Shown here: piece by piece, positions 11,719-21,556 of the stretch
Position numbering within the stretch: the first letter of the stretch is position 1
How the letters are laid out: each line of letters begins with the position of its first letter
Source: Endomicrobiia bacterium
GTDB lineage: Bacteria > Elusimicrobiota > Endomicrobiia > DTEH01
NCBI GenBank assembly: GCA_039630545.1
Contig: JBCNUU010000002.1
Coordinates: 190,382 to 254,381, forward strand
Direction: 5' to 3'
DNA: 64,000 bases
The notes under the pieces: generated by a model
Databases searched by the model: none
Told to the model about the DNA's origin: nothing
What the model saw: only the letters and a program-made list of their open reading frames with translations
Program-made: the position numbers and the translations under genes

Positions 11719-12111
11719 ATGAATTTAGTAATTTTTTCTGGTAATTTAGCAAAAGATGCAAAAGTAGTAAGTACTTCTACAGGGAAACAGTTCTGTGTTA
11801 CCACATTGGCACTAAGGGAAGATCTAAGACCCGATAATAAACCGGCTGTTTTTGTAGATATTATTATCTGGGGTGAGAGAGCTACGAAGTTAGTAAAATA
11901 TCTTACTAAAGGTAAAGCAATATCTGTTACTGGCAGATTAGAAATTGTAAAGACACAAAAAAGCAATTATACATATGTATCTCCGAGAGTTGTAGTGGAA
12001 ACTTTAGAATTTTTAGGGAAAAAATCAATAGAAACAATCACAGCTGAAGAAAATAAAACAGCAGAAGTGTCTACCGGAGATAATATTCCTGAAGAAGAAG
12101 TTCCTTTTTAA
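11719..12111 (+). CDS. ssb: Single-stranded DNA-binding protein
   Basis: MNLVIFSGNL, YLTKGK.I.VTGRL, acidic C-terminal tail EEVPF. Confidence 0.9.
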   Translation: MNLVIFSGNLAKDAKVVSTSTGKQFCVTTLALREDLRPDNKPAVFVDIIIWGERATKLVKYLTKGKAISVTGRLEIVKTQKSNYTYVSPRVVVETLEFLGKKSIETITAEENKTAEVSTGDNIPEEEVPF

Positions 12112-12135
12112 ATAAATTTTAGGGGGTATAATTTT

Positions 12136-12765
12136 ATGAAGAAGCAATTTATTATAATAATATTTTTAGTATTTATTGTGTATTCATGTGGACCCAAAAA
12201 GGTACCAGATGTAAGAAAAGAAGTTGCTTCTGATTATGAAGAAGCTACACCATTTGTTCAGCTTCCTGAGGAAGTAACAGGTGAGATAATTACAGGGATT
12301 GGTTTTTCAGAAAAAAAAGCAAATTTATCATTAGCAAGAGAAGCAGCAATTACTTCAGCTATAGCTGACCTTGCAAGAAAAGTAGAAACTAAAGTTGAAG
12401 CTGTATGGAAACGAACAATGGCTGATTGGTCTGAGTATAAATTAGAAGAAGTAAATGAAGCAATGTCTATTGAAGAGATGAAAAGTATGGTTAAGAATAT
12501 TATAGATACTGAACTTAGAGGTCCATGGTTAATTCAGGAAAAGATTCAAAAGTCTACAGGAAGATATTGGGTAAGGATTTTGCTTTCTGGAGCTACTGTT
12601 GAGAAGTGGTTAAAACAAAGACTAAACACTGAGAGTTTACTTAAAAAATATATAATTGAATCCCAAATTAAAAAAGTTCAAGAAGATCTTCAAAAAGATC
12701 TTGATGCTTTAAAAGAAAAAGAATTAAAAGAAATTGAAAAAATTAAAAATATTACTACTAAATAA
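12136..12765 (+). CDS. Lipoprotein, LPP20-like
   Basis: Lipobox VYSC; GIGFS...AREAA...ADLARKV pattern. Confidence 0.6.
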   Translation: MKKQFIIIIFLVFIVYSCGPKKVPDVRKEVASDYEEATPFVQLPEEVTGEIITGIGFSEKKANLSLAREAAITSAIADLARKVETKVEAVWKRTMADWSEYKLEEVNEAMSIEEMKSMVKNIIDTELRGPWLIQEKIQKSTGRYWVRILLSGATVEKWLKQRLNTESLLKKYIIESQIKKVQEDLQKDLDALKEKELKEIEKIKNITTK

Positions 12766-12783
12766 TTTCAAAGGAGTTTTTTT

Positions 12784-13149
12784 ATGAAAATTTTAATAAT
12801 AGATGACGATACAGAAATTTTAGATTTGCTAAATACTTTTTTTTCTTCGTTAGGACATCAAGTTACAACAACTACTAATTCAATAGACGGTTTAAAATAC
12901 GTTGCTAAGGAAATTTATGATTTAGTAATGCTAGATATAAAACTTCCAGAAAAAGATGGGATAGAGGTATTAAAAGAAATTAAAAAAATAGATGCTAATT
13001 TACCTGTGGTGATGGTTACAGGTTATAAAGAAGCAGAAAAAGTAATAGAAGCTTTTAGACATGGTGCTTTGGATTGTTTACTTAAGCCATTTAATTTTGA
13101 TTATATTAAAAATAATATATTAACCCAAATAGTGGAAAGAAAAAAATAA
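12784..13149 (+). CDS. Single-domain response regulator (REC)
   Basis: ILIIDDD, LVMLDIKLP..DGIEVL, VMVTG, KPF. Confidence 0.93.
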   Translation: MKILIIDDDTEILDLLNTFFSSLGHQVTTTTNSIDGLKYVAKEIYDLVMLDIKLPEKDGIEVLKEIKKIDANLPVVMVTGYKEAEKVIEAFRHGALDCLLKPFNFDYIKNNILTQIVERKK

Positions 13150-13176
13150 TTTTTAAATTAGTTGAGATTTTATTAA

Positions 13177-13260
13177 GCCGTGGTGCTGGAATTGGCAGAC
13201 AGGTACCGCTCAGAACGGTATTCCCGTAAGGGAGTGGAGGTTCGAGTCCTCTCCACGGCA
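13177..13260 (+). tRNA. tRNA-Leu (anticodon CAG)
   Basis: Acceptor stem GCCGTGG/CCACGGC, anticodon arm TACCG-CTCAGAA-CGGTA, long variable arm TCCC-GTAA-GGGA, T-loop GGTTCGAGTCC, discriminator A. CCA is not encoded. Confidence 0.95.
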
Positions 13261-13310
13261 AGAAGGTATTTCTTAGTGGAAAAGTTTTTTATTAATTTTT
13301 AATTTTATAA

Positions 13311-13327
13311 ACATACAAGTTAATACA
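13311..13327 (+). promoter_or_regulatory. Candidate operator (direct-repeat motif copy 1), ACATACA-AGT-TAATACA
   Basis: Matches the motif also seen at 22879, 32823 and 58113. Lies upstream of the ABC/GH94 operon. Confidence 0.5.
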
Positions 13328-13352
13328 TATATTATTTAATACATATATTATT
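13321..13352. repeat. Perfect tandem 16-bp duplication TAATACATATATTATT x2
   Basis: Read directly at 13321-13336 and 13337-13352. Confidence 0.9.
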
Positions 13353-13372
13353 TTTTAGGGAGGTTTGAAAAA

Positions 13373-14788
13373 ATGAAAAAAAATAAATACAAATATGTTG
13401 TTTTAAATTTAATAGTTTTTCTATGTTTGTTTAGTTGCGGAAAAAAAACAAAAGAAGTTTCTGGTAAAAAGACTATAAACATATGGATAATGCCTAACAG
13501 TCCAAAACCAGTGATAGATTTAGAGGATGTTCTTAGTGAATTTAAAAAAGAAAATCCAGATATAGAGATAGTGATTACTGGAATTGATTGGGGAGCTGCG
13601 TGGAGTAAAATAACTGTAGCAGCAACAAGTGGTGTGGCTCCTGATATCTGTCAGCTTGGCACTACATGGGTTGGAACAATTGCTTCTATGGGAGCTTTGT
13701 TGCCTTTAAATGAGTATATAGATGAAATAGGAGGACCAAAAGCATTTTTGGAAGCCTCCTGGAATACTTCAGGTATAGAAGGTTCTGGAGTAGTGGTTTC
13801 TGTTCCATGGTTTGTGGATGTAAGGGGAATATATTATAGAAAAGATATATTTGAAAAACTAGGATTGACAAAAAAAGATCTGGATAGTTGGGAATCTTTT
13901 GAAGCAACTCTTAAGAAAATAAAAGATGCAAAAGTAGTTTCTGATAAAGAAGGAAATATTTATATAGGTAAAGAAGCAGAAAATATACTTAAAAAAGATC
14001 CTTCTTGTAAAATAGTAGAACCTTTAGGTATTCCGGGAAAAAATGATTGGAATGTGATTCATAATTTTGTTCCATGGATATGGTCTGCTGGAGGTGATTT
14101 GTTGTCCAAGGATAGAACAACAGCAATATTTAATACTCCTCAGGCAATGAAAGGAATTTTATTTTATACAGGTCTTGTAAGAAAAGGTTTAGTTTCTACT
14201 AAAACCTTAGAGTTAAATACAGCACAAGTTTCCACCAACTTTGTAAATGGTGATTATGCAATGTATTTTGACACATCACATATGGTTAAGTATATGAGTA
14301 TTCCTCAAAGTGAAGGAGGATTTGCTGAAGGTGTTGCTTCTAAAAATTATGATATTGCTTTGTTCCCAAAAGGTCCTGCAGGAAGATATCACTTCTTTGG
14401 TGGAAGTAACTTAGCAATTTTTAAATATACAAAATACCCAAAAGAAGCCTGGAAAGTTGTTGCTTATCTTTGTTCTAAAGAAGCTCAGATTAAGTATTCC
14501 CAAAAAACAGGTTTTATGCCTGCAAGAAAAGATGCTTTTGATGATCCTTACTTTGATAAAGATCCAAAAAGAAAAATATTTAAAGAAGCTACAAAATATG
14601 GTAAATCTTATCCTTGTATTCCATCATGGGGTCCTATTGAACCAATTCTTACAAGAAGATTAGGAATTCTATGGGATTATGTTGCTGGAGTTTATGGAGA
14701 ATGCACTGATGATATAATAAAGCAACAAGTTGATATGGCTGTTCAAGAAGTAAATTCTGTTCTTAAAACTACAATAAGCAAACAGTAA
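13373..14788 (+). CDS. Carbohydrate ABC transporter substrate-binding lipoprotein (CUT1 type)
   Basis: Lipobox LFSC, APDICQLGTTWV, VPWFVDVR..YYRKD, GGSNLAIF; GGGAGG RBS. Confidence 0.93.
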   Translation: MKKNKYKYVVLNLIVFLCLFSCGKKTKEVSGKKTINIWIMPNSPKPVIDLEDVLSEFKKENPDIEIVITGIDWGAAWSKITVAATSGVAPDICQLGTTWVGTIASMGALLPLNEYIDEIGGPKAFLEASWNTSGIEGSGVVVSVPWFVDVRGIYYRKDIFEKLGLTKKDLDSWESFEATLKKIKDAKVVSDKEGNIYIGKEAENILKKDPSCKIVEPLGIPGKNDWNVIHNFVPWIWSAGGDLLSKDRTTAIFNTPQAMKGILFYTGLVRKGLVSTKTLELNTAQVSTNFVNGDYAMYFDTSHMVKYMSIPQSEGGFAEGVASKNYDIALFPKGPAGRYHFFGGSNLAIFKYTKYPKEAWKVVAYLCSKEAQIKYSQKTGFMPARKDAFDDPYFDKDPKRKIFKEATKYGKSYPCIPSWGPIEPILTRRLGILWDYVAGVYGECTDDIIKQQVDMAVQEVNSVLKTTISKQ

Positions 14789-14817
14789 TTTTAACAAAGA
14801 AAGGAGTTCTATAAATT

Positions 14818-15951
14818 ATGAAAGATGTAGTAGAATTTGTTACTGTTATAGTTCCTATAAAAAATTCTGAGAGGACTTTAATTAAACACTTAGAATCTAT
14901 TGAAAATGTTGACTATCCTAGAGATAAATTTGAGGTAATATATGCAGATGGTGGAAGTAAAGACAGAACTTTAGAAATTTTAAAAGATTGGAAAAACAAA
15001 AGATTACCTCAAATTATAATAATAGAACTTAACAATTGTAAATCCCCTGGAGAAGCAAGAAATAAAGCTTTAGAAATAGCAAAAGGTAAATACATACTAT
15101 TTACTGACGCGGATTGCGTAGTAAAAAAAGATTGGATAAAACAGATAATTTCTCCATTTGAAAAAGATGAAAAAATTGGCATAGTAGGAGGAGAAATCCA
15201 TACTCTTACAGTTGAAGACGGAAACGATATAGAAAAATACCTGGAGTTTATTAAATTTTTAAGTGTGAATGGAAGATGTAATGTGAGACAGGAAGGATAT
15301 TTTCCAGATATTAAAAAATATCTACCTCATGAAGTGAATGGAAATATTCACAGTAGTTTCTTTGCCACAGCAAATCTAGCTGTAAAAAAAGAAGCATTGT
15401 TAAAAATAGGTAATAAATTCTGGGACGAGATAACGGGTGAAGATGTGGATTTTAATATAAGAATAAATAAAGAAGGTTACAAACTATATTATCTTCCTTC
15501 AGCTATAGTTTATCATATTCACAGAGCAAATTTGACACAGTTTAGAAAACAACTATATGGTTATGGTTATGGTCATCCTCTTCTTATTAAAAAACATGCA
15601 AAGCAGGTTCTGGAAATTTGTATTAATTTGAAAGGGAAATACATTTATCTACCCATACCGTTTTTCATAAAGGGGAATATTTATTTAGGTTCTTTTCATT
15701 TTATACATATATTTTTGGTTCTTACAATTTTAAGTTTAATTTTTAAATGGAGTGTTCTTTCTACGATAATATTTGCATTCCTTACTTTATTATTTAAATA
15801 TATTTATTTTGCTCCGCTTTTAAAGCTAAAACCATTAAGTAAATTTTTTAAGTGGTGTAAAATAAAATATCTTTCCAATTTGTCTTTCATATTAGGAGGT
15901 ATAAAAGGTTCATTTGTTTTTGGTGCTATAGACTTAGAAGACAGCTTTTAA
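14818..15951 (+). CDS. GT2 family glycosyltransferase with C-terminal TM helices
   Basis: VTVIVPIKN, ADGGSKD, ARNKAL, FTDADC (DxD), GEDVDF. Confidence 0.9.
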   Translation: MKDVVEFVTVIVPIKNSERTLIKHLESIENVDYPRDKFEVIYADGGSKDRTLEILKDWKNKRLPQIIIIELNNCKSPGEARNKALEIAKGKYILFTDADCVVKKDWIKQIISPFEKDEKIGIVGGEIHTLTVEDGNDIEKYLEFIKFLSVNGRCNVRQEGYFPDIKKYLPHEVNGNIHSSFFATANLAVKKEALLKIGNKFWDEITGEDVDFNIRINKEGYKLYYLPSAIVYHIHRANLTQFRKQLYGYGYGHPLLIKKHAKQVLEICINLKGKYIYLPIPFFIKGNIYLGSFHFIHIFLVLTILSLIFKWSVLSTIIFAFLTLLFKYIYFAPLLKLKPLSKFFKWCKIKYLSNLSFILGGIKGSFVFGAIDLEDSF

Positions 15952-15983
15952 ACTTCTAATGCTAAAAGAAAGGGACTATAGTT

Positions 15984-18344
15984 ATGAAAATAAAAAAGAA
16001 AAAAGACAAAGATTTTTATTTTGACAACGAAAATAAAGAATTTATTATTAATAACCCTCAAACACCAACCCCATGGCTTAATTATTTAGGTATAGATGAG
16101 TATTGTGCTATGATTTCTAATAATGCTGGTGGATATAGTTTTTATAAATCGCCAAAAAGTTATAGAATTTTAAGATACAGGTATAACAACATTACAATGG
16201 ATCGTCCTGGTAGATACATTTACATTAAAGAAAAAAAAGATATATGGTCGACATCTTGGCAGCCAATAAAATCAGACTTAAGAAAATATAGATACACAAC
16301 CATTCATGGCTTAAGTTATACAAAAATAATATGCGAACATAATTTTATAAAGTCAGAAGTTTTATATTTTGTTCCTCTCGGTGAGAATTTAGAATTATGG
16401 GTTTTGACTTTAGAAAATCTATCAAATAAGTTAAGAACTTTAGATATATTTTCATATGCGGAGTTTTGTTTGTTTGATGCAATGGGTGATCTTACTGATC
16501 TTCAATATATTCAAAATGTTGCCAGGACCAAAATAAATAAAGAAGGAATAATTGAACATTATTGTTTGTTTGCTGGGGGTGAAATAAAAAATGCTTATGC
16601 TTTTACTACAGAAAAATTCTTAGGATACGAAACAGACAGAGAAAAGTTTATAGGTTACCACAATGATGAATCTTCTCCATTAGCAGTTATATCAGGAAAA
16701 TGTAGCAATTCTTTGATTTCCGGTGGCAATCCTTGTGCTTGTTATCATTTAAGAGTTTCTTTGAATAAAAAAGAAGCTAAAAAAATTGTTTTTGCTGTAG
16801 GAGTTGGTTCTGCAGATGTGGAAGGAAAAAGATATAAAGAGAAATATTCAAATATTAAAAATGTAGAAGAAGAGTTTAAAAAACTTAAAAACTACTGGGA
16901 AAGTGTTCTTGGTAAATTACAGGTAAAAACTCCCGATAAGAATTTTGACACGGTTGTAAATATATGGTTGCCTTACCAATGTCATACTACTTTTAAATGG
17001 TCAAGATCTGCTTCTTACTATGAAACAGGTACTCATAGAGATGGTTTAGGTTATAGAGACAGCAATCAAGATGTTTTTTCTGTAATTCATGCAGAATCTC
17101 AAAGAGTAAGAAAAAGAATTCTTGATTTAGCCTCTGCTGTGTATAAAGAAGGATATGCATGTCATACATTTCAGCCAATAACCAATACAGGTACAGGAGG
17201 AACAGATTATTCCGATGATCATTTGTGGTTGGTTTTATCTACTACTGCTTATATAAAAGAAACTGGTGATTTTAAAATTTTAGAAGAAGAAGTCGGATAT
17301 TTTGATGGTGGTAAAGGAAGCTTGTTTGAACATCTTGAGAGAGTGTTGCAATATGGATTAAAGATGAGAGGGAAACACGGATTATCTTTAGCTTTAAGAG
17401 CGGACTGGAATGATTGTTTAAATATGAAAGAAGGGGGAGAAAGTGTCTGGACTACAGAACTTCTTTATAAAGCATTAAAAGAGTTCGTTGAATTGTGTGA
17501 GTATTTGGGTAAAAAAGATTTAGTTGCTACTTATAGTAACCATATGAAAGAAGTAAAAGAAGCTTTTGACAAATATTGTTGGGATGGGGAATGGTATCTT
17601 TGTGCTTATACAAATGAAGGAAGAAAAATAGGAACTAAAAACGAGAAATACTGCAAAATTTATTTAAACACAAATACCTGGGCTGTTATAAGTGGTATAG
17701 GTGATGAAGACAAAAATAAAAAAGCACTAGAAAGTGTTAATAAATATCTTTTCACAAAATATGGTTTGAAGTTATTTTCTCCATGTTATCAAGAATTTGA
17801 TAAAGATGTTGGTGCTATGAGTTCTTTTCCTGCTGGTTTAAAAGAAAATGGAAGTATTTTTTGTCATGCTAATACTTGGGCGATAATAAGTGAATGTATG
17901 CTCGGAAATTCTGAAGTAAGTTATAAATATTTTGATGCTTTAAATCCAATTCATAGATTAAAGAATATTAATATTCATAAAGTAGAACCATATGTTTACT
18001 GTCAAATGATTGCTTCAGATGAGCATCCAGAGTTTGGTCTTGGAAGAAACTCCTGGCTTACAGGAACCGCATCATGGATGTATGTTGCTGCTACTCAATA
18101 TATTCTTGGTATAGTTCCTACATATGAAGGATTATTGATAAAGCCATGTATTCCTTTAAAATGGAAAAAAATAAAAGTTAAAAGAGAATTTAGAGGATGT
18201 GTGTTTCACATAGAGATTGAAAGGGTTGCTAATAATAACGAAATAAAAGAAATTTTTGTAAATGATAGAAAAATAAATTCAAATATTATAAAAATTGACA
18301 AAGATTACAATTTTTATAATGTAAAAGTTGTATTAGGTAAGTAA
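15984..18344 (+). CDS. GH94 glycoside phosphorylase (cellobiose/cellodextrin/chitobiose phosphorylase family)
   Basis: TPTPWLNYLG, RYRYN...DRPGRYIY, GLGYRDSNQD, ADWNDCLN, KENGSIFCH, WLTGTASW. Confidence 0.93.
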   Translation: MKIKKKKDKDFYFDNENKEFIINNPQTPTPWLNYLGIDEYCAMISNNAGGYSFYKSPKSYRILRYRYNNITMDRPGRYIYIKEKKDIWSTSWQPIKSDLRKYRYTTIHGLSYTKIICEHNFIKSEVLYFVPLGENLELWVLTLENLSNKLRTLDIFSYAEFCLFDAMGDLTDLQYIQNVARTKINKEGIIEHYCLFAGGEIKNAYAFTTEKFLGYETDREKFIGYHNDESSPLAVISGKCSNSLISGGNPCACYHLRVSLNKKEAKKIVFAVGVGSADVEGKRYKEKYSNIKNVEEEFKKLKNYWESVLGKLQVKTPDKNFDTVVNIWLPYQCHTTFKWSRSASYYETGTHRDGLGYRDSNQDVFSVIHAESQRVRKRILDLASAVYKEGYACHTFQPITNTGTGGTDYSDDHLWLVLSTTAYIKETGDFKILEEEVGYFDGGKGSLFEHLERVLQYGLKMRGKHGLSLALRADWNDCLNMKEGGESVWTTELLYKALKEFVELCEYLGKKDLVATYSNHMKEVKEAFDKYCWDGEWYLCAYTNEGRKIGTKNEKYCKIYLNTNTWAVISGIGDEDKNKKALESVNKYLFTKYGLKLFSPCYQEFDKDVGAMSSFPAGLKENGSIFCHANTWAIISECMLGNSEVSYKYFDALNPIHRLKNINIHKVEPYVYCQMIASDEHPEFGLGRNSWLTGTASWMYVAATQYILGIVPTYEGLLIKPCIPLKWKKIKVKREFRGCVFHIEIERVANNNEIKEIFVNDRKINSNIIKIDKDYNFYNVKVVLGK

Positions 18345-18346
18345 AA

Positions 18347-19276
18347 ATGAAAATAAAATCTACTGTTGAAGAAATAAAACAGAAAAGTTATGCATATATG
18401 TTTATCTTGCCAATGGTGCTTGGAATGCTTATCATACATTTTATACCTATGATAATAGGTATAATAATGAGTTTTTTAGATTTAAATCAATATACATTAG
18501 CCCAATATTTATCAGCTCCATTTGTGGGTTTAAAAAATTACTTTGATGTTCTTTTTAATCCTAAAAGTACTATAAGAATAGGTTTATTACAAGCAGTTAG
18601 AAACACTATCATTTATACGATTGGAGTTACTTTAGGTACTTTAACAATAGGTATGATAGTAGCTTTGATGTTAAACAAAAACTTCATAGGGAGAAGATTA
18701 ATAAGGACATTATTTTTGTTTCCATGGATAGTTCCTACTTATGTTACTGGGCTTCTTTGGGCATTTATATGGAATCATGAAATAGGCGTAGTTAACTATG
18801 TTTTAACAAAGGTGTTACGTATTGTTGAAAAACCACCGTTTTGGCTTATGGGCCCAAATACTTTGTGGGCTATTATAGTACCAACTGTATGGAGATTCTG
18901 GCCATTTTCAATGCTTATGCTTTTAGCAGGACTTCAGACAATTCCAGATGAGTTATATGAATCGGCTTCAATTGATGGGGCAAATGAGTGGCAGAAGTTT
19001 TGGTATATTACCCTTCCTTCACTTAAACCTGTTTGGTCTACTTTGCTTCTTGTGAGTATTATTACAAATGTTTATTCTTTTAATATCGTAATAATGATGT
19101 TTGGACATGGTGCTGGTTTTCCTGGAGAGTGGGGAGATCTTCTTATGACGAATATATTTAGAAATTCATTTCAATTATGGCAATACAGTAAAGGAGCTGC
19201 TGCTTCTATTGTTTTGATGATAATGATGATAGGAGTAGTAGCTATCTGGTATAAATTATTCAGGGAGAAATGGTAA
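18347..19276 (+). CDS. Carbohydrate ABC transporter permease (MalF-like)
   Basis: EAA motif LYESASIDGA..WQKFWYITLP; multiple TM segments. Confidence 0.94.
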   Translation: MKIKSTVEEIKQKSYAYMFILPMVLGMLIIHFIPMIIGIIMSFLDLNQYTLAQYLSAPFVGLKNYFDVLFNPKSTIRIGLLQAVRNTIIYTIGVTLGTLTIGMIVALMLNKNFIGRRLIRTLFLFPWIVPTYVTGLLWAFIWNHEIGVVNYVLTKVLRIVEKPPFWLMGPNTLWAIIVPTVWRFWPFSMLMLLAGLQTIPDELYESASIDGANEWQKFWYITLPSLKPVWSTLLLVSIITNVYSFNIVIMMFGHGAGFPGEWGDLLMTNIFRNSFQLWQYSKGAAASIVLMIMMIGVVAIWYKLFREKW

Positions 19277-20118
19277 TGAAAAAGTTGTCCCAGAGTTTTC
19301 TTTTTTATTTTCTTCTTTTGACAATTTTGATAGGAACATTGTTTCCAATATATTGGATGATTATAAATTCTTTTAAAGATAACACTGAAATTTTAACAGG
19401 AAAAAGTTTGTTTTGGCCATCAAGATGGAGGATAGAAAATTACAGAGATATGTGGAAAAATATTAATTTTGGTTTGTATTTAAGAAACAGTTTTATAGTT
19501 TGTGGTAGTACTATGATAATAGCAATGGTTTTAGCAACATTGGCAGCATATAGCTTAAGTAGATTTAAATTTCCTGGGAAAAGAATTATAAATGATTCAA
19601 TTCTTGCTACACAGATGATTCCAGGGATAATGTTTTTGATACCAATTTATTTAATGTTTGTTAGATTTCATTCGTTAACTAATATTCAACTAATAGGGAC
19701 ATTTCCAGGTTTAATATTTGTTTATTCTACATTTTTTGTTCCGTTTAGTGTGTGGATTTTACAGGGATTTTTTGCAGCAATACCATATGAGATAGAAGAA
19801 GCTGCTTTGATAGACGGATGCAGTAGACTTCAAATTTTTTTAAAGATAGTACTACCTTTAGCAGCACCAGGAATTACTGCTACAGGGATTTATATCTTTC
19901 TTACTGCTTGGGACGAACTTATGTTTGCTTGGGTTTTAACCCAAGCAGACACAATTACCATTCCTGTAGGAATAAGGCTCTTTGTAGGCAATTACCAGAA
20001 CAGATACGATCTCATGATGGCAGCTTCTACAGTAGCAACCTTACCTGTTATTATATTATTTTTCGCAATGCAAAAACACATTATAAAAGGTCTTACTGCA
20101 GGTGCTGTAAAAGGATAA
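19270..20118 (+). CDS. Carbohydrate ABC transporter permease (MalG-like)
   Basis: EEAALIDGCSRLQIF..I.LPL, C-terminal GLTAGAVKG. The start could also be ATG 19276. Confidence 0.94.
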   Translation: MVMKKLSQSFLFYFLLLTILIGTLFPIYWMIINSFKDNTEILTGKSLFWPSRWRIENYRDMWKNINFGLYLRNSFIVCGSTMIIAMVLATLAAYSLSRFKFPGKRIINDSILATQMIPGIMFLIPIYLMFVRFHSLTNIQLIGTFPGLIFVYSTFFVPFSVWILQGFFAAIPYEIEEAALIDGCSRLQIFLKIVLPLAAPGITATGIYIFLTAWDELMFAWVLTQADTITIPVGIRLFVGNYQNRYDLMMAASTVATLPVIILFFAMQKHIIKGLTAGAVKG

Positions 20119-20140
20119 TATATAATTTTGTTTCCTGTTC

Positions 20141-21556
20141 ATGAAAGATTTTTTGTTTTTTCTACTAAGACTTTTTGTTTACTTACTTGTAGCGTTATCT
20201 ATCTGGTGGATTATAAAATATCCTCAATATGTAATTATCATATTTTTGATTTTTCATATAGCAGTTTTACTTGCTTATTTAGCGAATGACAAAGAAATTC
20301 AGATTTTTGTTGTACTGTCTTCTATCTTTATAGCAGGTTCTATTGTTCTTCTTCATAATTTTCAACCTAAATATAATGTTTTAATAGATAAGATAATAAT
20401 AATCATTGAAACTGCATTTATAATAGGCAGTTTTCTTTTTTTACAGAAAAAAAGTTGGGCATTGGAAGTTTACTCTACAAATTTTATAGAGAAGATAGAA
20501 AATTTTGAAAGAGAAATTTCTGAAATATCCGATAATATAAAAGAGATACAGAATAAGATTTCTAATATTAATGAGATAAAAAATAACTTTAAAATTTTAG
20601 AAGAAATGATCACAACTTTAAGTTCAGTATCTTCTATTTCAGTAATTAAAAATTATGTCGTTAATCTAATTCACAAACTATTACCTGGTGTACATATAAA
20701 TTTGTATCTTTCTTCTAAGGAAGTTCCTGAAAATACGTTAGAAGAAGAAATTGTAAAATATATTAATACAACTAATAAATATTTTTTTTCAAACGATGTT
20801 AGCTTTCTTCTAAATAAGTTTAAAACAAACTATTTATATTTTACTTCTTCTGAAATAAAAGCAATATTAGGATTTCCTATTAAAATTTACACTGGAAATG
20901 TTGAATCAACTGGATATTTTATATTTATTTCTCCAAATAAAATTACAGAAGAAAATTTAAGATTATTATCAATCTTTTCGAGTTATTTAGGAATAACTAT
21001 ATCTAATATAAAATTAATAGAATATACTCAAAATCTAGCAATAACAGATACACTTACAGGTCTTTATGTACATAAATATTTTAAAGAGTTATTGGAAGAA
21101 GAAATTAATAGAACTAAATATTATAACAGAATTTTCAGTTTAGCGATGTTTGATATAGATAATTTTAAACAAATAAATGACACCTATGGTCACAATGTGG
21201 GAGATATGGTGTTATTAAAATTTGCAGAAGTGTTAAGAAAAAGGTTAAGAGAAGTTGATAAAATTTTTAGATATGGAGGCGATGAATTTGCTATAATCTT
21301 TCCTGATACTAATGTTTCTAATGCATTAAAGATATGTGAAGAAATAAGAAATATAGTATTAAATGAAGTTATCGTTATAGGAAATGTTTTAGAAAGTAAT
21401 ATATCTTCTTTAAACAGGATTAAATTTACAGTTTCTGGTGGTGTAATGGAGTATGACAAAGAATATGACTTAGAAACATTTATAAATATGGTAGATAAAC
21501 TTCTTTACAAATCAAAAACTTCTGGAAAAAATAAAATAACATGCCCAAAGAAATAA
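20141..21556 (+). CDS. Membrane-anchored diguanylate cyclase (TM - coiled coil - GAF-like - GGDEF)
   Basis: AITDTLTGL, DIDNFKQINDTYGH, RYGGDEF with the RxxD I-site (REVD). Confidence 0.92.
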   Translation: MKDFLFFLLRLFVYLLVALSIWWIIKYPQYVIIIFLIFHIAVLLAYLANDKEIQIFVVLSSIFIAGSIVLLHNFQPKYNVLIDKIIIIIETAFIIGSFLFLQKKSWALEVYSTNFIEKIENFEREISEISDNIKEIQNKISNINEIKNNFKILEEMITTLSSVSSISVIKNYVVNLIHKLLPGVHINLYLSSKEVPENTLEEEIVKYINTTNKYFFSNDVSFLLNKFKTNYLYFTSSEIKAILGFPIKIYTGNVESTGYFIFISPNKITEENLRLLSIFSSYLGITISNIKLIEYTQNLAITDTLTGLYVHKYFKELLEEEINRTKYYNRIFSLAMFDIDNFKQINDTYGHNVGDMVLLKFAEVLRKRLREVDKIFRYGGDEFAIIFPDTNVSNALKICEEIRNIVLNEVIVIGNVLESNISSLNRIKFTVSGGVMEYDKEYDLETFINMVDKLLYKSKTSGKNKITCPKK

